Shown one piece after another: positions 10,645 to 23,010 of a stretch of DNA of 32,608 nt. Made by a program: the position numbers and the translations under genes. The notes below the pieces were generated by a model, which was not told the DNA's origin, did not search any database, and worked only from the letters and a program-made list of their open reading frames with translations. Within the stretch, counting starts at the first letter, position 1, and every line of letters begins with the position of its first letter. The stretch is taken from assembly GCF_004010195.1 (NCBI RefSeq), contig NC_057753.1, positions 9,227,544 through 9,260,151 on the forward strand, written 5' to 3'. This DNA comes from Chiloscyllium plagiosum (taxonomy: Eukaryota).

Positions 10645-10810
10645 TCACATAGGTGCAGCAAGCAATCAGCAAGGCAAGTGGTATGTTAGCAAGAGGAATT
10701 GAGTTCAAAGTGGGGGTGCCTTCCTGAAGTTAGGGAGATATTGAATATATTCAAAGCTGAGTTCATCTGACTTTTCAATGTCAAAAATAGTTATGGGGGA
10801 AGGCAAGAAT
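10645..10810 (+). mobile_element. Degenerate CR1-clade fragment, cut by the L1 3' end
   Basis: gcagcaagcaatcagcaaggcaagtggtatgttag...gaatatattcaaagctgag...gttatgggggaaggcaag. Confidence 0.6.
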
Positions 10811-13800
10811 TTTTAAAAAAATATTTTTATTAGAAACCTTTTCAAATCTCTCTCAAGATCTCTATATACAAATAAGAACAATACCAAAATACAGAAAAAT
10901 AGCAGTACAACAATGTCATATTATGATACTGTTAATAATGAGCTACCTATTATTCTACAAGAACAAACTTAGCTTAAACTAAACTACAATCAAATTGAAT
11001 AAAAACAAAATTAAACATAATTTAAGTTAATTTGAATTCTATCACATTACTTTATTCTATTTCACTCACCACACCTCCATTAAGGCTCCAATCCATGGGA
11101 GTACCAGTTATTGCACCCGTATTCCTTTCACCCAGCCTTGCCCTCCCAGGGCCCCATGAGCGCCCAGACTGATTCCCACAGTTATACCACGGCTCTAATT
11201 AATACTGCTGATCAGTCTGCATCAATATAATTTAGAAAGGGCCGCCACGTCTTGGAAAACTACTGTTTTGTGGTGCACCATATTTGTGAGGTCATCTTGG
11301 GGGCGATGCTCCATCAACAGCATATGCCACCCCATATGCCCTGGGGGATTTTCCAACGTCCAATCCATTAAATTGTTCTTCCTTACACAGTCTGTTCCTA
11401 TGTTCTCTGAGAGAAGGCAAATTGGCAACCCCAGAAGAAGAAATACCGGATTTACTTTAACTTCAATCCCCCAGGATGTCCTTCAACTCCCTTACTATAG
11501 CACTCCAGTATCTCTGGATCTTACAACATGACCAATAGCAGTGTGTGAGTGCCTATATAATTTTACATTTGGGACACCCTGGTGATGCTCCTCTCTTGTA
11601 CTTACCTAGCCTCTCTGGCACCACATAAGCCCTGTGTAAAATCTTCAATTGCATGCCCTGTGCTTTGTTACATATTGAAATTTTCCTTACATTTTCCCAT
11701 ATATCTTGCCATACTTCTAATGAAATATCCTATCCTAGCTCCCGATCCCACATCCGAGAGAGTCCCTCCACATCCCCTAAGGTACGTCCCCTCTGTAAAT
11801 GATACAACGTACTAACTGAAAGAGCGCCTGTACACCAGAGTACTCTTTCCTCCACATTTGACCTGTAATGCTGAGCCAGGAGCGTGGTCTTCCTCTGTAT
11901 ATAATCTCTTAGCTGAAAGTACCGGAAAATGTCCCTATTAGACAATGCAAATTTCTGACTTAGCTGGCTAAATGACATCAAGACCTAACCCTCGAATAAA
12001 CCTTCCCTCCAGGAGATTCCCTTATTCTGCCATGACTTAAAGCCGGAGTCCATTGCCCCAGGTTTAAATCCTTGGGCTGCCACCAGTGGGGTAATCAGCG
12101 AGGTCATCAGCCAATTGCCCTTGTCTTGCCTCATTATCCTCCAGGTTTTCACTGTATTTAAAATGATTGTACTATTACACTGCTCAATCTCGGATTTCAT
12201 CTTATCAACGAATAATAGATTAACTAGCCGACATCTCGACTGCAATGCTTCAACGTCAAGCAAAATCGACCCAGAGTCCCCCCGTACCCAGTCACCCACA
12301 TATGCTAAGAAAACGCTTATTTGATACCTATTCAAGTCCAAAACATCCACACCTCCTCACACTGTGAGAGCTGCAATTTGGTAAACTTAATTAGGGGGCG
12401 GCTGCGAAACCAAATAAAAGAACCTAGCCAACCATTGAGCCTCAGTAATACTCATCTGGGTAGCAACAACAGGAGCATTCTCATGGGGTACAACAGGCGA
12501 GGAAGAACATTCATTTTAATCAGAGCTATTCAGCCTAACCATGATAACGGTAATCCGCCCCATCGCTGCAAATCCTGCTTTATCCTCTCCAGTAATTGTA
12601 CATAGTTAGCTTTATACAGCTGGTGGAAGGCAAGGGTAATATAAATTCCCAAATACAAAAACCCTTTTGACGACCATCGAAACAGGAACTGCATTCCATC
12701 CTTCAGATCAGGCACCTCCACTAATTCTCCCACCCCCCATCCACCATCGGCATGGCTTCTGATTTTGTAAAGTTGATCCTGCAGCCCGAAAAACTGCCAA
12801 ATAAATTAATTGTTCGAATCAATCGAGGAACGGGCTCCTCCAGATTGGCCAAGAACAAAAGGACGTCATCAGCATATGGGGTAATCTTATGTTCCCCCAT
12901 TCCCACTCCTGGCGCCACTATTTCAGGATCCCTCCTGATAGCCTCAGCTAATGGCTCAATTGCCAAGGTAAATAGCAGCGGTGCAAGAGGACATCCCTGT
13001 CGACTACCTCTCCCAGTATTAAAGTTATCTGACTTAGTGCCATTTGTGATGACTGCTACCTTAGGATCATTATACAACACCACCACCCATCTAGCAAAGG
13101 TTGTCCCCAGACCAAAGCGCTTGAGGATCACAAACAGGTACAGCCATTCTATCTGGTCAAATGCCTTTTCTGCATCTAGGGAGGCCACCGAACCCAGGGT
13201 CAACCTTTGCTGGCACCATGTTCAGTACCCTCCTGATATTGTTGGAGGAGCTACGGCCTTTAACAAAACCCATCTGATCTTCTTTCAAAATACGGGAGAA
13301 CACCTTTTCCAACCTCAGGGCCAGCGTCTTGGGTAGAATTTTACAATCTACATTCAACAGTGAAATGGGTCTTTATGAAGCACATTCTTCGGGCTCTTTC
13401 CCCTTCTTTATAATGAGGGAGATACTCGCCTCCCTAATCCTGTACATATGAATAGCTATACATCCCCAGAGGTGGCTCCACCAACACATTTATGAATTCC
13501 TTATAGAATTCACTTGGGAATCCATCTGACCGCGGTGCTTTGCCACCTTGGAGATGCTTTATTGCATCCTGCACCTCCTGTATCGTCAAAGGCGTATTCA
13601 ACAGGAAACCTGTTCCGCGTTTATACTAGGGAGGTGCAGGATCTCAAAAAAGGCCTGCATTCTCACTGCACTGTGTTCATCTCCCTCTGACTGATATAAC
13701 TCTGCAAAGTATTCCCTAAATCTAACATTAATCTTCTTTAACTGACGGGTAACTGTGCCAACCTTCTCTCTGACAGACATAATACATTGGGAAGCATTTT

Positions 13801-14341
13801 TTCTTTCTAGTCAGATATCTACCTGGCTTATCTCCAAATTCAAACAATCTTTGTTGAGCAAAGCAGACCTTTTTTTTCCCAGTGTGTGCAATGAGTTGGG
13901 AGCAGCCCGGAGAGCTGCAGCTTGACCAGTGACGGCCTATTATAATATACTTCCTCAGCTATCTGCAGACGGGTCTCCAGCATCTGTTGTTGGTCCTTCC
14001 TCTGCGTCCTTCTAGTCGTTGAATAAAAAATAATCAGGCCTCATAAATATGCCTTAGTGGCCTCCTGCAGTATTTCCGAATTACTGGCCGTACCCGAGTT
14101 GATATCCCAGAAGGTTCTGAACTCTTGTGATGTACTCAAGAAATTTGCTATCCCTTAACAGGAATGGGTCCATGCACCAGTGTTGTGCATTCATTCCACC
14201 ACTCTTGATTTTACCATCTAATTACACTGGCACATGGTCCGAGTTAGCTATATTGCCAATTTCACAAGCCAATGTTCTGTCCAAGCAATCCAATGGCATT
14301 TAAAATTGTCAGTTCCCATGTGGTACTTATATGGGTTGGAA
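10810..14341 (-). mobile_element. 5'-truncated, frameshifted L1-clade LINE (ORF2: endonuclease end, RT, C-terminal Cys/His motif, 3' UTR)
   Basis: Minus strand: [13 protein letters not shown] (APE SDH motif) ~14225-14265; LDAEKAFD, GRGSRQGCPLAPLLF, YADD in 12721-13203; CPKC...HCYWSC ~11525-11578; AATAAA ~10826-10831 and A-rich end. Confidence 0.92.
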
Positions 14342-14838
14342 GCTGCCCCGATTGTGGGAAGGTGTTCAGTCGCTCCTCCCACCTCGTGATTCACCGGCGG
14401 GTCCACACCGGTGAGAAGCCCTTCCCCTGCCCCAAATGTGGGAAGGCCTTCAGCGATTCCTCTGATCTGCTGGCCCACTGGCGGGTCCACACCGGCGAGA
14501 GGCCATTCACCTGCTCTGTCTGCGGGAAGTACTTTACACGCTCTTCGGACCGGCTGAAGCACCAGTGGGTCCACACTGGGGAAAGGCCCTTCAGCTGCTC
14601 TGAGTGCGGGAAGGGCTTTACCCAGGACTCCCACCTGCTGACACACCGGTGGGTCCACACTGGGGAGAGGCCGTTCACCTGCCTCGAGTGCGAGAAGGGC
14701 TTTGCTGTCTCCTCCACTCGACTGACGCACCAGCGGGTCCACACTAGGGAGAGGCCGTTTGCCTGTCCCGAGTGTGGGCAGAGGTTCACAATGTCCTGCA
14801 GCTTGAACAAGCACCAGCGGAGGCACCAATGCTCCTAA
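14272..14838 (+). CDS. C2H2 ZNF copy C: open block of 6 tandem fingers, N-terminus replaced by antisense L1 (possibly a pseudogene)
   Basis: Six CxxC-12x-HxxxH units with TGE[K/R]PF-type linkers from 14344; the ATG at 14272 lies inside L1 sequence. Confidence 0.6.
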   Translation: MFCPSNPMAFKIVSSHVVLIWVGSCPDCGKVFSRSSHLVIHRRVHTGEKPFPCPKCGKAFSDSSDLLAHWRVHTGERPFTCSVCGKYFTRSSDRLKHQWVHTGERPFSCSECGKGFTQDSHLLTHRWVHTGERPFTCLECEKGFAVSSTRLTHQRVHTRERPFACPECGQRFTMSCSLNKHQRRHQCS

Positions 14839-14971
14839 CAATCAGATTCTGCCGGTAACGCTGCTGAGGATCACTCCCAGGGCTGAACCTCCTGCCCTTT
14901 CTGATAGTGGGGGTAGTGGGAGAGTTGGTAGGCTGTTTTTGTTTTCTACTGGGGGAGTGGAGGGGGAAGGG

Positions 14972-15331
14972 GGGTGGTGGCTCAGTGGGTAGCACTGCTG
15001 CCTCATAGCGCCAGGGACCCAGATTTGATTCCATCCTCAGGGTGACGGTCTGTGTGGAGTTTGCATGTAATTCCCCCCTGCGTCTGCGTGGGTTTCCTCT
15101 GCGTGTTCCAGTGTCTTCCCAAAGTCCAAACGTGCGCATGTTTGGGCGAATTGGCCAAGCTAAATAGCCCCATAGTGTTCAGGAATGTGTAGGTGTGGTG
15201 CATGAGTTAGGGGTAAGTGCAGAGGGATAGGGTCGGAGAATGTATCTGGGTGAATTACTCTTCAAAGGTCGCTCTGAACGTGTTGGTCAGAAGGGCTTGT
15301 TTCCACACTGTCGTGATTCTATGATTCTGTG
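14972..15331 (+). mobile_element. Near full-length HE1-like SINE inside the ZNF C 3' UTR
   Basis: ggtggctcagtgggtagcactgctgcctcatagcgccagggaccc head; ctgtgtggagtttgca; tail gtttccacactg..gattctatgattct. Confidence 0.88.
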
Positions 15332-15457
15332 AACATTGCTTCCAGTGGGCGCTGCAGCTCATTGAGCCCAGGACACGCACAAACCTAAGACCACAAGACC
15401 ATTGGAGCAGAAGTTAGGATATTTTGACCCATCGAATCTGCTCCACCATTTGTTGAG

Positions 15458-15612
15458 ACAAAATAAAAAACTGCAGATGCTGGAATCTAAAATAGACAAA
15501 CAGGAGGCTGGGCACAACAAGGCAGGCAGCACCAGGAGGTGGAGAAGTTAGCATTTCAAGTATTACCCCTCAGGACTGAAGAAGGGTTCCACCCGAAACG
15601 TTGACATCTCCA
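15458..15612. mobile_element. Inverted Penelope-like terminal-repeat remnant with a hammerhead core
   Basis: ggagaagttagcatttcaagtattacc vs acccgaaacgttgacatctcc inverted; + strand CUGAAGA-A-GGGU(UCC)ACCC-GAAA-CG-UU at 15576-15602. Confidence 0.65.
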
Positions 15613-15619
15613 TTGGAAG

Positions 15620-15915
15620 TGATTTATCAGTTAGAACGAGAGGGCATAGGCTTAGAGTGAGAGGGGAAAGATTTAAAAGGGACCTAAAGGGAAAACTTTT
15701 CATGCAGAGTGTGGTGCGTGTATGGAACAAGCTGCCAGAGGAAGTGGAAGAAGCTGGTAGAATTTAAAAGACATTTGGATGGGGACATGAATAGAAAGGG
15801 TTAGAGGGATTTGGGCCAAGTGCTGGCAATTCGGACTAGATTAATTTAGAATATCTGGTCAGCGTGGACGAGTTGGACTGAAGGATCTGTTTCCAAGCTG
15901 TACCTCTCTATGACT
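15620..15915 (+). mobile_element. CR1-clade LINE 3' end
   Basis: gagggcataggcttagagtgagaggggaaagatttaaaaggg...ggactagattaattt...ctgtacctctctatgact. Confidence 0.85.
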
Positions 15916-16080
15916 ACTGGTCCTGATGTAAGTTTAGAATTGAGTAACTTTGAATAATTCAATCTTGTTGAATTCACCTCCTGAAAGGTTTCAAATGAAC
16001 CCCTCCAAGCGATATGATTTAACTATGCCGAGTTGGATAAAGTATCCCATCAAGTTCAACACGAATGCGCAGTTGAAGAA

Positions 16081-16267
16081 GTCAGAGGTCACACAACACC
16101 AGGTTACAGTTCAACAGGTTTATTTGAAATCCCAAACTTTGGGAGCATTGCTCCTTCATCAGTGCTGCTCCTTCATCACTTCACCTGATGAAGGAACAGT
16201 GCTTCGAAAGCTCATGAGTTCAAATCAATCTATTGGAATTGTCACCTGGTGTTGTGTGACTTCTGAC
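16081..16267. mobile_element. Palindromic (inverted) Penelope-like terminal repeat pair with hammerhead motif
   Basis: gtcagaggtcacacaacaccagg...ctccttcatcag mirrored by ctgatgaagg...cctggtgttgtgtgacttctgac; same family as 6825-6910. Confidence 0.85.
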
Positions 16268-16359
16268 CTGTCCAGCCGCAGCACCACCACATCAGAGTTG
16301 ACCAATGAGATCAGATTTTATTCAGGATGATTTATTGAGATATTTATCTGGAATGCCCT

Positions 16360-16472
16360 TATGCCTCAAACATCGATTCTCCTGCACCTCTGGTGCTGCC
16401 TGACCTGCTGTGCTTTTCCAGCACCACACTCTCAACTCTGATCTCCAGCATTTGCTGTCCTCACTTTTTCCT
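16360..16472 (+). mobile_element. Penelope-like terminal repeat fragment
   Basis: gctgcctgacctgctgtgcttttccagcaccacac...ctccagcatttgctgtcctcact is the reverse complement of 10445-10550. Confidence 0.75.
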
Positions 16473-16514
16473 GGTTCATGTGGAAACTCAATATTGTCAG
16501 AGTTACGAAGAGAC

Positions 16515-16930
16515 GCCAGTCATAGAGTACTATAGCACAGAGACAGGCCCTTCAGCCCAAACTGGTCCATGCTGACCAAAATGTGTGTCAACACTAACCT
16601 CATTTCCCTGCACTTGGCCCATATCTTTCTAAAGCTTTCCTATCCATGTATTTGTTGAAACGCCTTATCAATATTGTTAATGTACCTGTTTCAACCACTT
16701 CCACTGGCAGCTGTTTCCCCAGGCGAACTACACTCTGTAAATATTTTGCCATACATCTTTCCTTCCATCTTTCTCCTCTCATCATAAAAACGCGTCCTTG
16801 GACTTGAAATCCTCCCCCCAGGGAAGAGACAGCTACCATTAAGCCAACTCTGCCCCTCATGGTTTTAAAATATTGCCTCTCAACTTCCTCTGCTCCAGTG
16901 GAAAAACATCCCAGCCTATCCAGCCTAAAT
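16515..16930 (-). mobile_element. CR1-clade LINE 3' end
   Basis: agtcatagagt...cacttggcccatatc...accacttccactggcagct; minus ORF ...LPVEVVETGTLTILIRRFNKYMDRKALERYGP. Confidence 0.8.
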
Positions 16931-17133
16931 TCTAATTTGATAATAATGGCAGTGATGATTTTGGCTGTGTGTGTGTCAAGGATCTCTCATTTCTAAGCCA
17001 ATGCTGTGCCTCTTAAGTTCACCTGATCTTAAAACGAATGGCACCCCATTCATTTAAAATGTCCATGTTTTCTGTGTAAAGTCGGTCCTGGTCAGGAAAT
17101 AGGCATTGGTGTCTTATATTCCCGTAGACTTCT

Positions 17134-18360
17134 TGTGACCGGGTTCATATGCTCTGTTTTGAGATGCATGAGTATATCTTCAGAACAAAAGATTAATGCA
17201 GCCTTTATTCATGTCTCATTATTAAAAACACTTTGTCCATTTACAGATGTGATTGAGAAGCTTCTCCCAATGAATCTTTGACTGATAACAGCATTTGTCA
17301 GGCTTTTGAAAGTCACTGCAGCTCTGTCATAGCACAGGGGAGGGCTCTTTCAGACACAACGCGTCACGCAGAAAATTCTCCCACATTAGTCGAGCAAAGT
17401 AGACGTCTTTTTAAGACATTGTGAAAATTGAAAGGTTTCAGAAAAGGTTTGGAAGGATGTTGGCAGGTTGCTAGGTTTGAGCTACAGGGAGAGGCTGAAT
17501 ATGCTGGTACTATTTTGCCTGAAGCTTTAGAGTCAGCCAGAAACATCTGTTGAATCAGGAAACATCTCTTCCTGCAGCAGCTTCAGACAGACTGCTTGCT
17601 AAAACCAAAACCAGGGGAAAAGAATGGGACAACTGCCCTTTCATTGTAGAAGTGTTTTAGAAAAAAAAATGTCAAACCCTTTTCCCGGATTGTTGCCTTA
17701 GCCAGTATCTGTTAACCATTAGCAAAAACCTTAAACCTGGATGAATGGGAAGCCTTTTACAACCCCTCCTGAAAATAAACCAACAACGTCATCTTCTTAA
17801 AGGAGCAGCATGATCACAACAAAAAGCACCTGAACTGAAACTTTTGTAACAAAAGGCTCTACACTTAGCAGGACAAGAAAACACGTTTGCAATTTCACCA
17901 ATCAATTTAAATCAGCCCCATTGGCTACCAAAAACTTGTTAAATTTAAATCCTAAAGTTTTGACAACAGGGCCAATCCTATCATAAAGAACTGGCTCTCT
18001 CAGTCATCTGTGTTTTAGAGAAAGCATCATTTAGAAAAACAGAGAAGGACATTCCTGACAGAGGAATCGGAGGAGGCATCCCCGACAGAAAATGGCACAG
18101 AATATTCCGGAAGACACATAACCTGGTTGTAATCTGAGAGATTAAATTCTATATTGTGTTATCTGAGTGGGGCATGTATTGATCGGAACAGCATACCAGA
18201 AGGATCTTGATTTATTCCAGAATACTCAGTAGTTAAGAAGGATTTATTCAGTTTGTTAGTAGTTTTGTTCATTTGTTCACCGTGAGAGTTGGTTAAATAA
18301 ATTGCTGATTGTCGATTTTAAGATGTCAGGGATTTACTTTTAACACTACAGCAAGTTACA
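17134..18360 (+). mobile_element. Possible solo LTR with nested fragments (CR1 piece ~17425-17520)
   Basis: TGTGAC start, GTTACA end, several CCAAT/ATTGG boxes (17899, 17920, 17973), AATAAA ~18296; no TSD found. Confidence 0.3.
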
Positions 18361-19109
18361 CCACTTATCACACTGACTTTACAGATTAAAGGGCAACGTG
18401 CCACTCTTTGGACGTTTCAGTTTGAGATCTTGGTGAGTGGGGGGTGGGTTCAGCCTTCACTTTGTAACAGTATTGATGACATTCTCTTGAATGCAATGGA
18501 GTCAATATTAACCCCAGCCTCTTGGTGTGGTTGTGGGTGAATCGCCTTAATTTGGCTCCTGACTCAGAAACCGCACAGAGAATCAACTGCTGAAACAATG
18601 ATTTGCACTTTATTGCATGGAGCAACCACAAATAAAACCTCTCAAGTTCATTCAGCTTCACCACCCCCCCCCCCCCCCCAAACTTGGCGATCAACCAATT
18701 GATGGCTGAATTTAACTGGGTTTCCACCGACAGTGCACACACCTGGAAGTGTCCAGGGGTTTCATACAGTATTATTCTAAGTACTGCTGCTGCTGCATCA
18801 TTCTGGAATTGAACTTTGGTGGCTTTTCCTCAATTTCAAATCTGTGGTGTGACTTTTTTATAAGACTCTAACATCACCTCACATTGCTGGAGACCTCAGG
18901 TCTGTAGCTTACCTTCTTATCCTTGAGGGTTAGCTGCCTGTTTGAAACAGCCTGCCCTGCAATTAACCCCTCTATGTCAGGACTTTCCTTCTACAGGCAG
19001 AATTAATTGTCCTTTTGTCACACCATTATTAAACAACATTATCTTGCCTGTCCCAAGTAACAACTTATTGTGTTGCCTCCTTCTTCCCATGGATGTTAAC
19101 GAGCAGTAA

Positions 19110-19262
19110 TTAAGCCATTTATCGTATTGAATCTGCTCTGCCATTCAATCATGGCTGATATGTTTCTTAACCCCATTCTCCCTGTAACCTTTGAGCCGCT
19201 GAATGCTCAAGAATGAGTGAATGGTGGAGCAGACTCAATGGGCTGAATGACCTAATTTCACT
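19110..19262. mobile_element. Two CR1 3'-tail fragments in inverted orientation
   Basis: aatctgctctgccattcaatcatggctgat (minus) then gaatggtggagcagactcaatgggctgaatg (plus), both similar to 20140-20200. Confidence 0.7.
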
Positions 19263-19502
19263 TCCGGTGGTGTCACAGTTTCTCGTCGGCCCTTTCGTTT
19301 CTTGGTCCAGAAAGAGTTATTGTTGACTCCTGTAATTTGGGAAGCTCTGGAGTTTACAGGTACACACCACGCTCCTCTCTGCCTCCTCCCAGAATAACGA
19401 TTCCTCCTGAGATACTGGCAGTTCTTGAGATCCCTGGATATCCCGGAATACAAATCAGTGTGTCTGGAAGTCTCTGCTGCTACCCTGGAACAGAAGGATT
19501 AT

Positions 19503-20212
19503 GGGGAGAAAATTCAGAAATCCGAAGAGCAAAGAGACTTGGGACTTCTAGCCCAGGATTCTCTCAAGGTAAACTTACAGGTTGAGTCAGTAGTTAGGAA
19601 GGCAAATGCAACAATGGCATTTATTTTGACAGGACTTGAATATAAAAACAGGGGTGTACTCCTGAGGATCTATAAGATTCCAGTCAGGCCACAATTGGAG
19701 TACAGTACACAGTTTTGGGCCCCATATCTCAGGAAGGATGAACTGGCCCTGGAACATGTTCAGAGGAGGTTGATGTGAAAGGTCCCAGGATTGAAAAGCT
19801 TAACATATGAAGAACATTTGAGGACTCTGGGTCTTTACTCAATGGAGTTTAGAAGATGACAAGGGAACTAATTGAAACTTACAGCATACTGAACAGCTCA
19901 GACAGAGTGGATGTTGGGAAAATATTTCCATGGGTAGGAGAAACGAGGAGCCGAGGGCTCAGCCTTTGGAACGGAGATAAGGAGAACTTCTTCAGACAGA
20001 GAGTGTTGTATCTATGGAATTCACTGCTCCAGAAGGCTGTGGAGGCCAGATCGTTGAATATATTTAAGCTGGGGATAACTAGGTTCTTGAGTATCAAGAG
20101 GATCAAAGGTTATGGGGAGAATGGGGTTGAGAAACTTATCAGCCATGATTGAATGGTGGAGCAGACTCGATGGGCTGAATGGCATAATTTCTGCTCCTTT
20201 AATCTTATGATA
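19503..20212 (+). mobile_element. CR1-clade LINE ORF2 C-terminus and 3' UTR
   Basis: EQRDLGLL...VVRKANA...VRPQLEYSTQFWAPYLRKDELALEHVQRR; tail atcagccatgattgaatggtggagcagactcg. Confidence 0.92.
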
Positions 20213-20269
20213 TGCTGATGTGTGGAGGGGTGAGAATGGGGGGAAAGAGATAAAGAGGGAACACAATTA

Positions 20270-21310
20270 AGGTGAAGCTGGATCCAGATACATCGGAAAT
20301 ACAAGAATTGTACGATAAATTTCAGAACACATAGAAGCACTGGCATACAGAGGGATCTGGCCATATAGATCTCCAAAAGTTGCAATACAGGCGGGTAACG
20401 TGATCAAGAAGGCACACAGCACGTTTGCCTTGAGTGTAAGAGTTGGTCACATTCAGAATATTGCGTGCAGTTCTGGTCCCCACACTACCTCTGGGAGAGG
20501 GTATAGAGAAGGTTCACTAGGACATTTCCTGGTCTGGAGGTATCATTATGAGAAGAGATGGGATAAACCTGGATTATTTTCACTGTAAAGATGGAGGCAG
20601 AGGGATGGCCTCACCAAAATGATGAAATACACAGATTGACTGGACGGGGGCGGCGTGGTGGCTCAATCATTAGCACTGATGCCTCACAGCGCCATGGGAA
20701 CTGGTTCGATTTCAGTCCCAGGTGACTGTCTGTGTGGAGTTTGCACATTCTCCCTGTGTCGATATGGGTTTCCTCCAGTTTCCTCTCACAATCCAAATGT
20801 GCAGGTTAGGGTGGAGTGGCTATGCTAAATTACCACAATGCCCAGGGATTGGCAGGTTAAGTTGGATTGTCCGTGCTTAAATTGCCCCACAGTGTTCAGG
20901 AATGTGAAAGATAGTTACATTAGTCAGGGGTAAGTTTCGAGTCATCGGGGTAGGGAAATGGGTCTGTGTGGATTATTCTTTGAATGTTTGGTGTTGGGCC
21001 AGATAGTCTGTTAAATAGTCAGAGGCTCCCCCACACCCCCACCCAGGGTGGAAAAGTCAACTACAAGAGGGCACAAGTTCAAGGCGAGAGGGGGACCGTC
21101 TGGGGGAGAATTGAAAGGGAAGATTTTTCACACAGTTGGATGGTATATGCCTGGAATGCATTGCCAGTGGATGTAGTGGTAAGAGGCACCTTAGCAACAC
21201 TTAAGGTGTATCTGGATAGACACATGAATGGGAGGTGTGTACAGGGACAGAAACCACGCATTGGCAATAAATACCAGGTCTAAGTTTGGATTAAAAATTG
21301 GCACAGGTTT
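20270..21310 (+). mobile_element. Degenerate CR1-clade fragment interrupted by an HE1-like SINE
   Basis: gaatattgcgtgcagttctggtcccc; resumes after 21000 with WNALPVDVVVRGTLATLKVYLDRHM. Confidence 0.7.
20646..21000 (+). mobile_element. HE1-like SINE with internal tandem unit
   Basis: gggcggcgtggtggctcaatcattagcactgatgcctcacagcgcc head; ggttcgattt B box; duplicated gcaggtta...gctaaatt unit. Confidence 0.88.
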
Positions 21311-21700
21311 GGGCGGGGAGGGGCTAGGGGGTAAAGTGAACTTTCAAAAATGTAGGGGATACCTGTATGCTGATGAAGGGGTGGGTGGAGGCTCAGGTGG
21401 AGCATAAACACTGACAAAGGCCAATTGGATCGACTGTGCTGGAGACTCAATGGGACAGAGACAAATGTATCTATTTCAGATCTACCTGCACTTCAGCCGC
21501 CTCTGTGGACTGTTTCCGTAGGGAAGGTGCAATCCCAGTCTCAGAGAGCATCAGTCCCCACTGGAAGTAAAGTGAGTGAGAGAGCGGCCAGTCAGCATCA
21601 AGGAACTCCTTACCCCTCCCACTTCACCCACTAAACAGGGTTCAAGATGTGACTCTCAGCAGCGGTAACAGCAGAGTCCAACCTGAATACCTGTGCCATC

Positions 21701-22522
21701 TCACTTGTGAAGTTGCTGGTGACTCCACAAGTTGCGCGACTGGATGAAGCCCTTCCCACACACTGGACAGGTGAACGGCCGCTCCTTGGTGTGGATGTGC
21801 TGGTGTTTGCACAGGGTGAAGGAATCACAGACGTCATTGCTCCACATGGGACAGGTGATGGCTTCTCCCCAGTGTGGGCGTGGAAGCTGAGCATCAGGTG
21901 ATACGACTGGGTGTAGCCCTTCCCGTACACGGAGCAGGAAAACGGTTTCTCCCCGGTGTGCATTCGCTGGTGCGGCAGCAGGTGGTGTTACTGAATGAAG
22001 CCCTGCCCACACACGGGGCAGATGAACGGGTTCTTGCTGGTATGGACCCACTGGTGGGCCACGAGGTGGTGTAACTGAGTTCAGGTGAACAGCCGCTGCC
22101 CGGTGTGCAAACGCCGATGAATCTCCAGCGCAGATGGCGAAGGGAAACCATTCCCACACTCCCCACATTTCCACGGTTTCTCCATGGTGCAGGTGCCCTC
22201 TCTGTCTCAGACCTTAACAATCAGTTGAAAACTTGCTCACGCTTACAGCATGTGTGTGGTGTTACTGGTGAACCCCCTGATAATTGGAACACTCTCATTC
22301 AGTCTGTAAAGCTTGTTCCAGTCACTACTCGGGTGTGTGGATATATGAGACTTTGTGTTTCCAGTCACACTGACGTTTAAAACCTAACTAAGCTGACAGA
22401 CCTTCTCCCCTTTGTTTTCAAGGCAATCAATATCCACGTCCTCGTGAATCAAGTGACTATCAGACTTTGATGTGATGTTTGGTCTGAGATTTCTGCCGCC
22501 AAAATCTTCTCTTGTAATATTC
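21701..22522 (-). pseudogene. C2H2 ZNF copy D (last exon), multiply frameshifted
   Basis: Acceptor cttcacag|g at 22523; finger motifs distributed over three frames ([38 protein letters not shown]). Confidence 0.88.
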
Positions 22523-22859
22523 CTGTGAAGTGTTTGCAAAGTTCATCATAGTCAGTCCATGATAGAAAATCTGAACGTAATTCTAGTTACTGTGGAACAT
22601 TCTTTCCTTTCAATCCCAAAGATCTTTGTGTCGATCTATATGTAACTGTAAACCAACAGGGTTATGGGGCAGACTGCATACCTCCACGAAGAGTTCACAT
22701 GGACTCAAGTTGCTGAATGGACCTCTGTAGTGCAGTATTGACACTCTTACTGAAGATCTACAATATGCTGCAGTACGATATTACAAGCCCAGGAACAACT
22801 GCAAATGAGGCATGGTCTATTCAGAAATTGGACCATGATCTTGTGAAGCTGCTGCAGCT

Positions 22860-23010
22860 CAGTCCAAAGATGTGCAGGTTAGGTGAATTGGCCATTCTAA
22901 ATTGCCCGTAGTGTTAGGTAAGGGGTAAATGTATGGATATGGGTGGATTGCGCTTCGGCGGGGCGATGTGGACTTGTTGGGCCGTAGGGCCTGTTTCCAC
23001 ACTGTAAGTA
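22860..23010 (+). mobile_element. 5'-truncated HE1-like SINE
   Basis: cagtccaaagatgtgcaggttaggtgaattggccat...gggcctgtttccacactgtaag. Confidence 0.88.

Noticed and set aside
14248..14841. 197-aa and 139-aa minus-strand ORFs
   Set aside because: Antisense shadows of the ZNF array; likewise 12752-13336 is the shadow of the L1 RT and 4913-5269 of the CR1 RT
14972..15050. tRNA genes at SINE heads (also 20646, 7900-7967, 32050-32119)
   Set aside because: A/B boxes continue into SINE bodies and do not form cloverleafs
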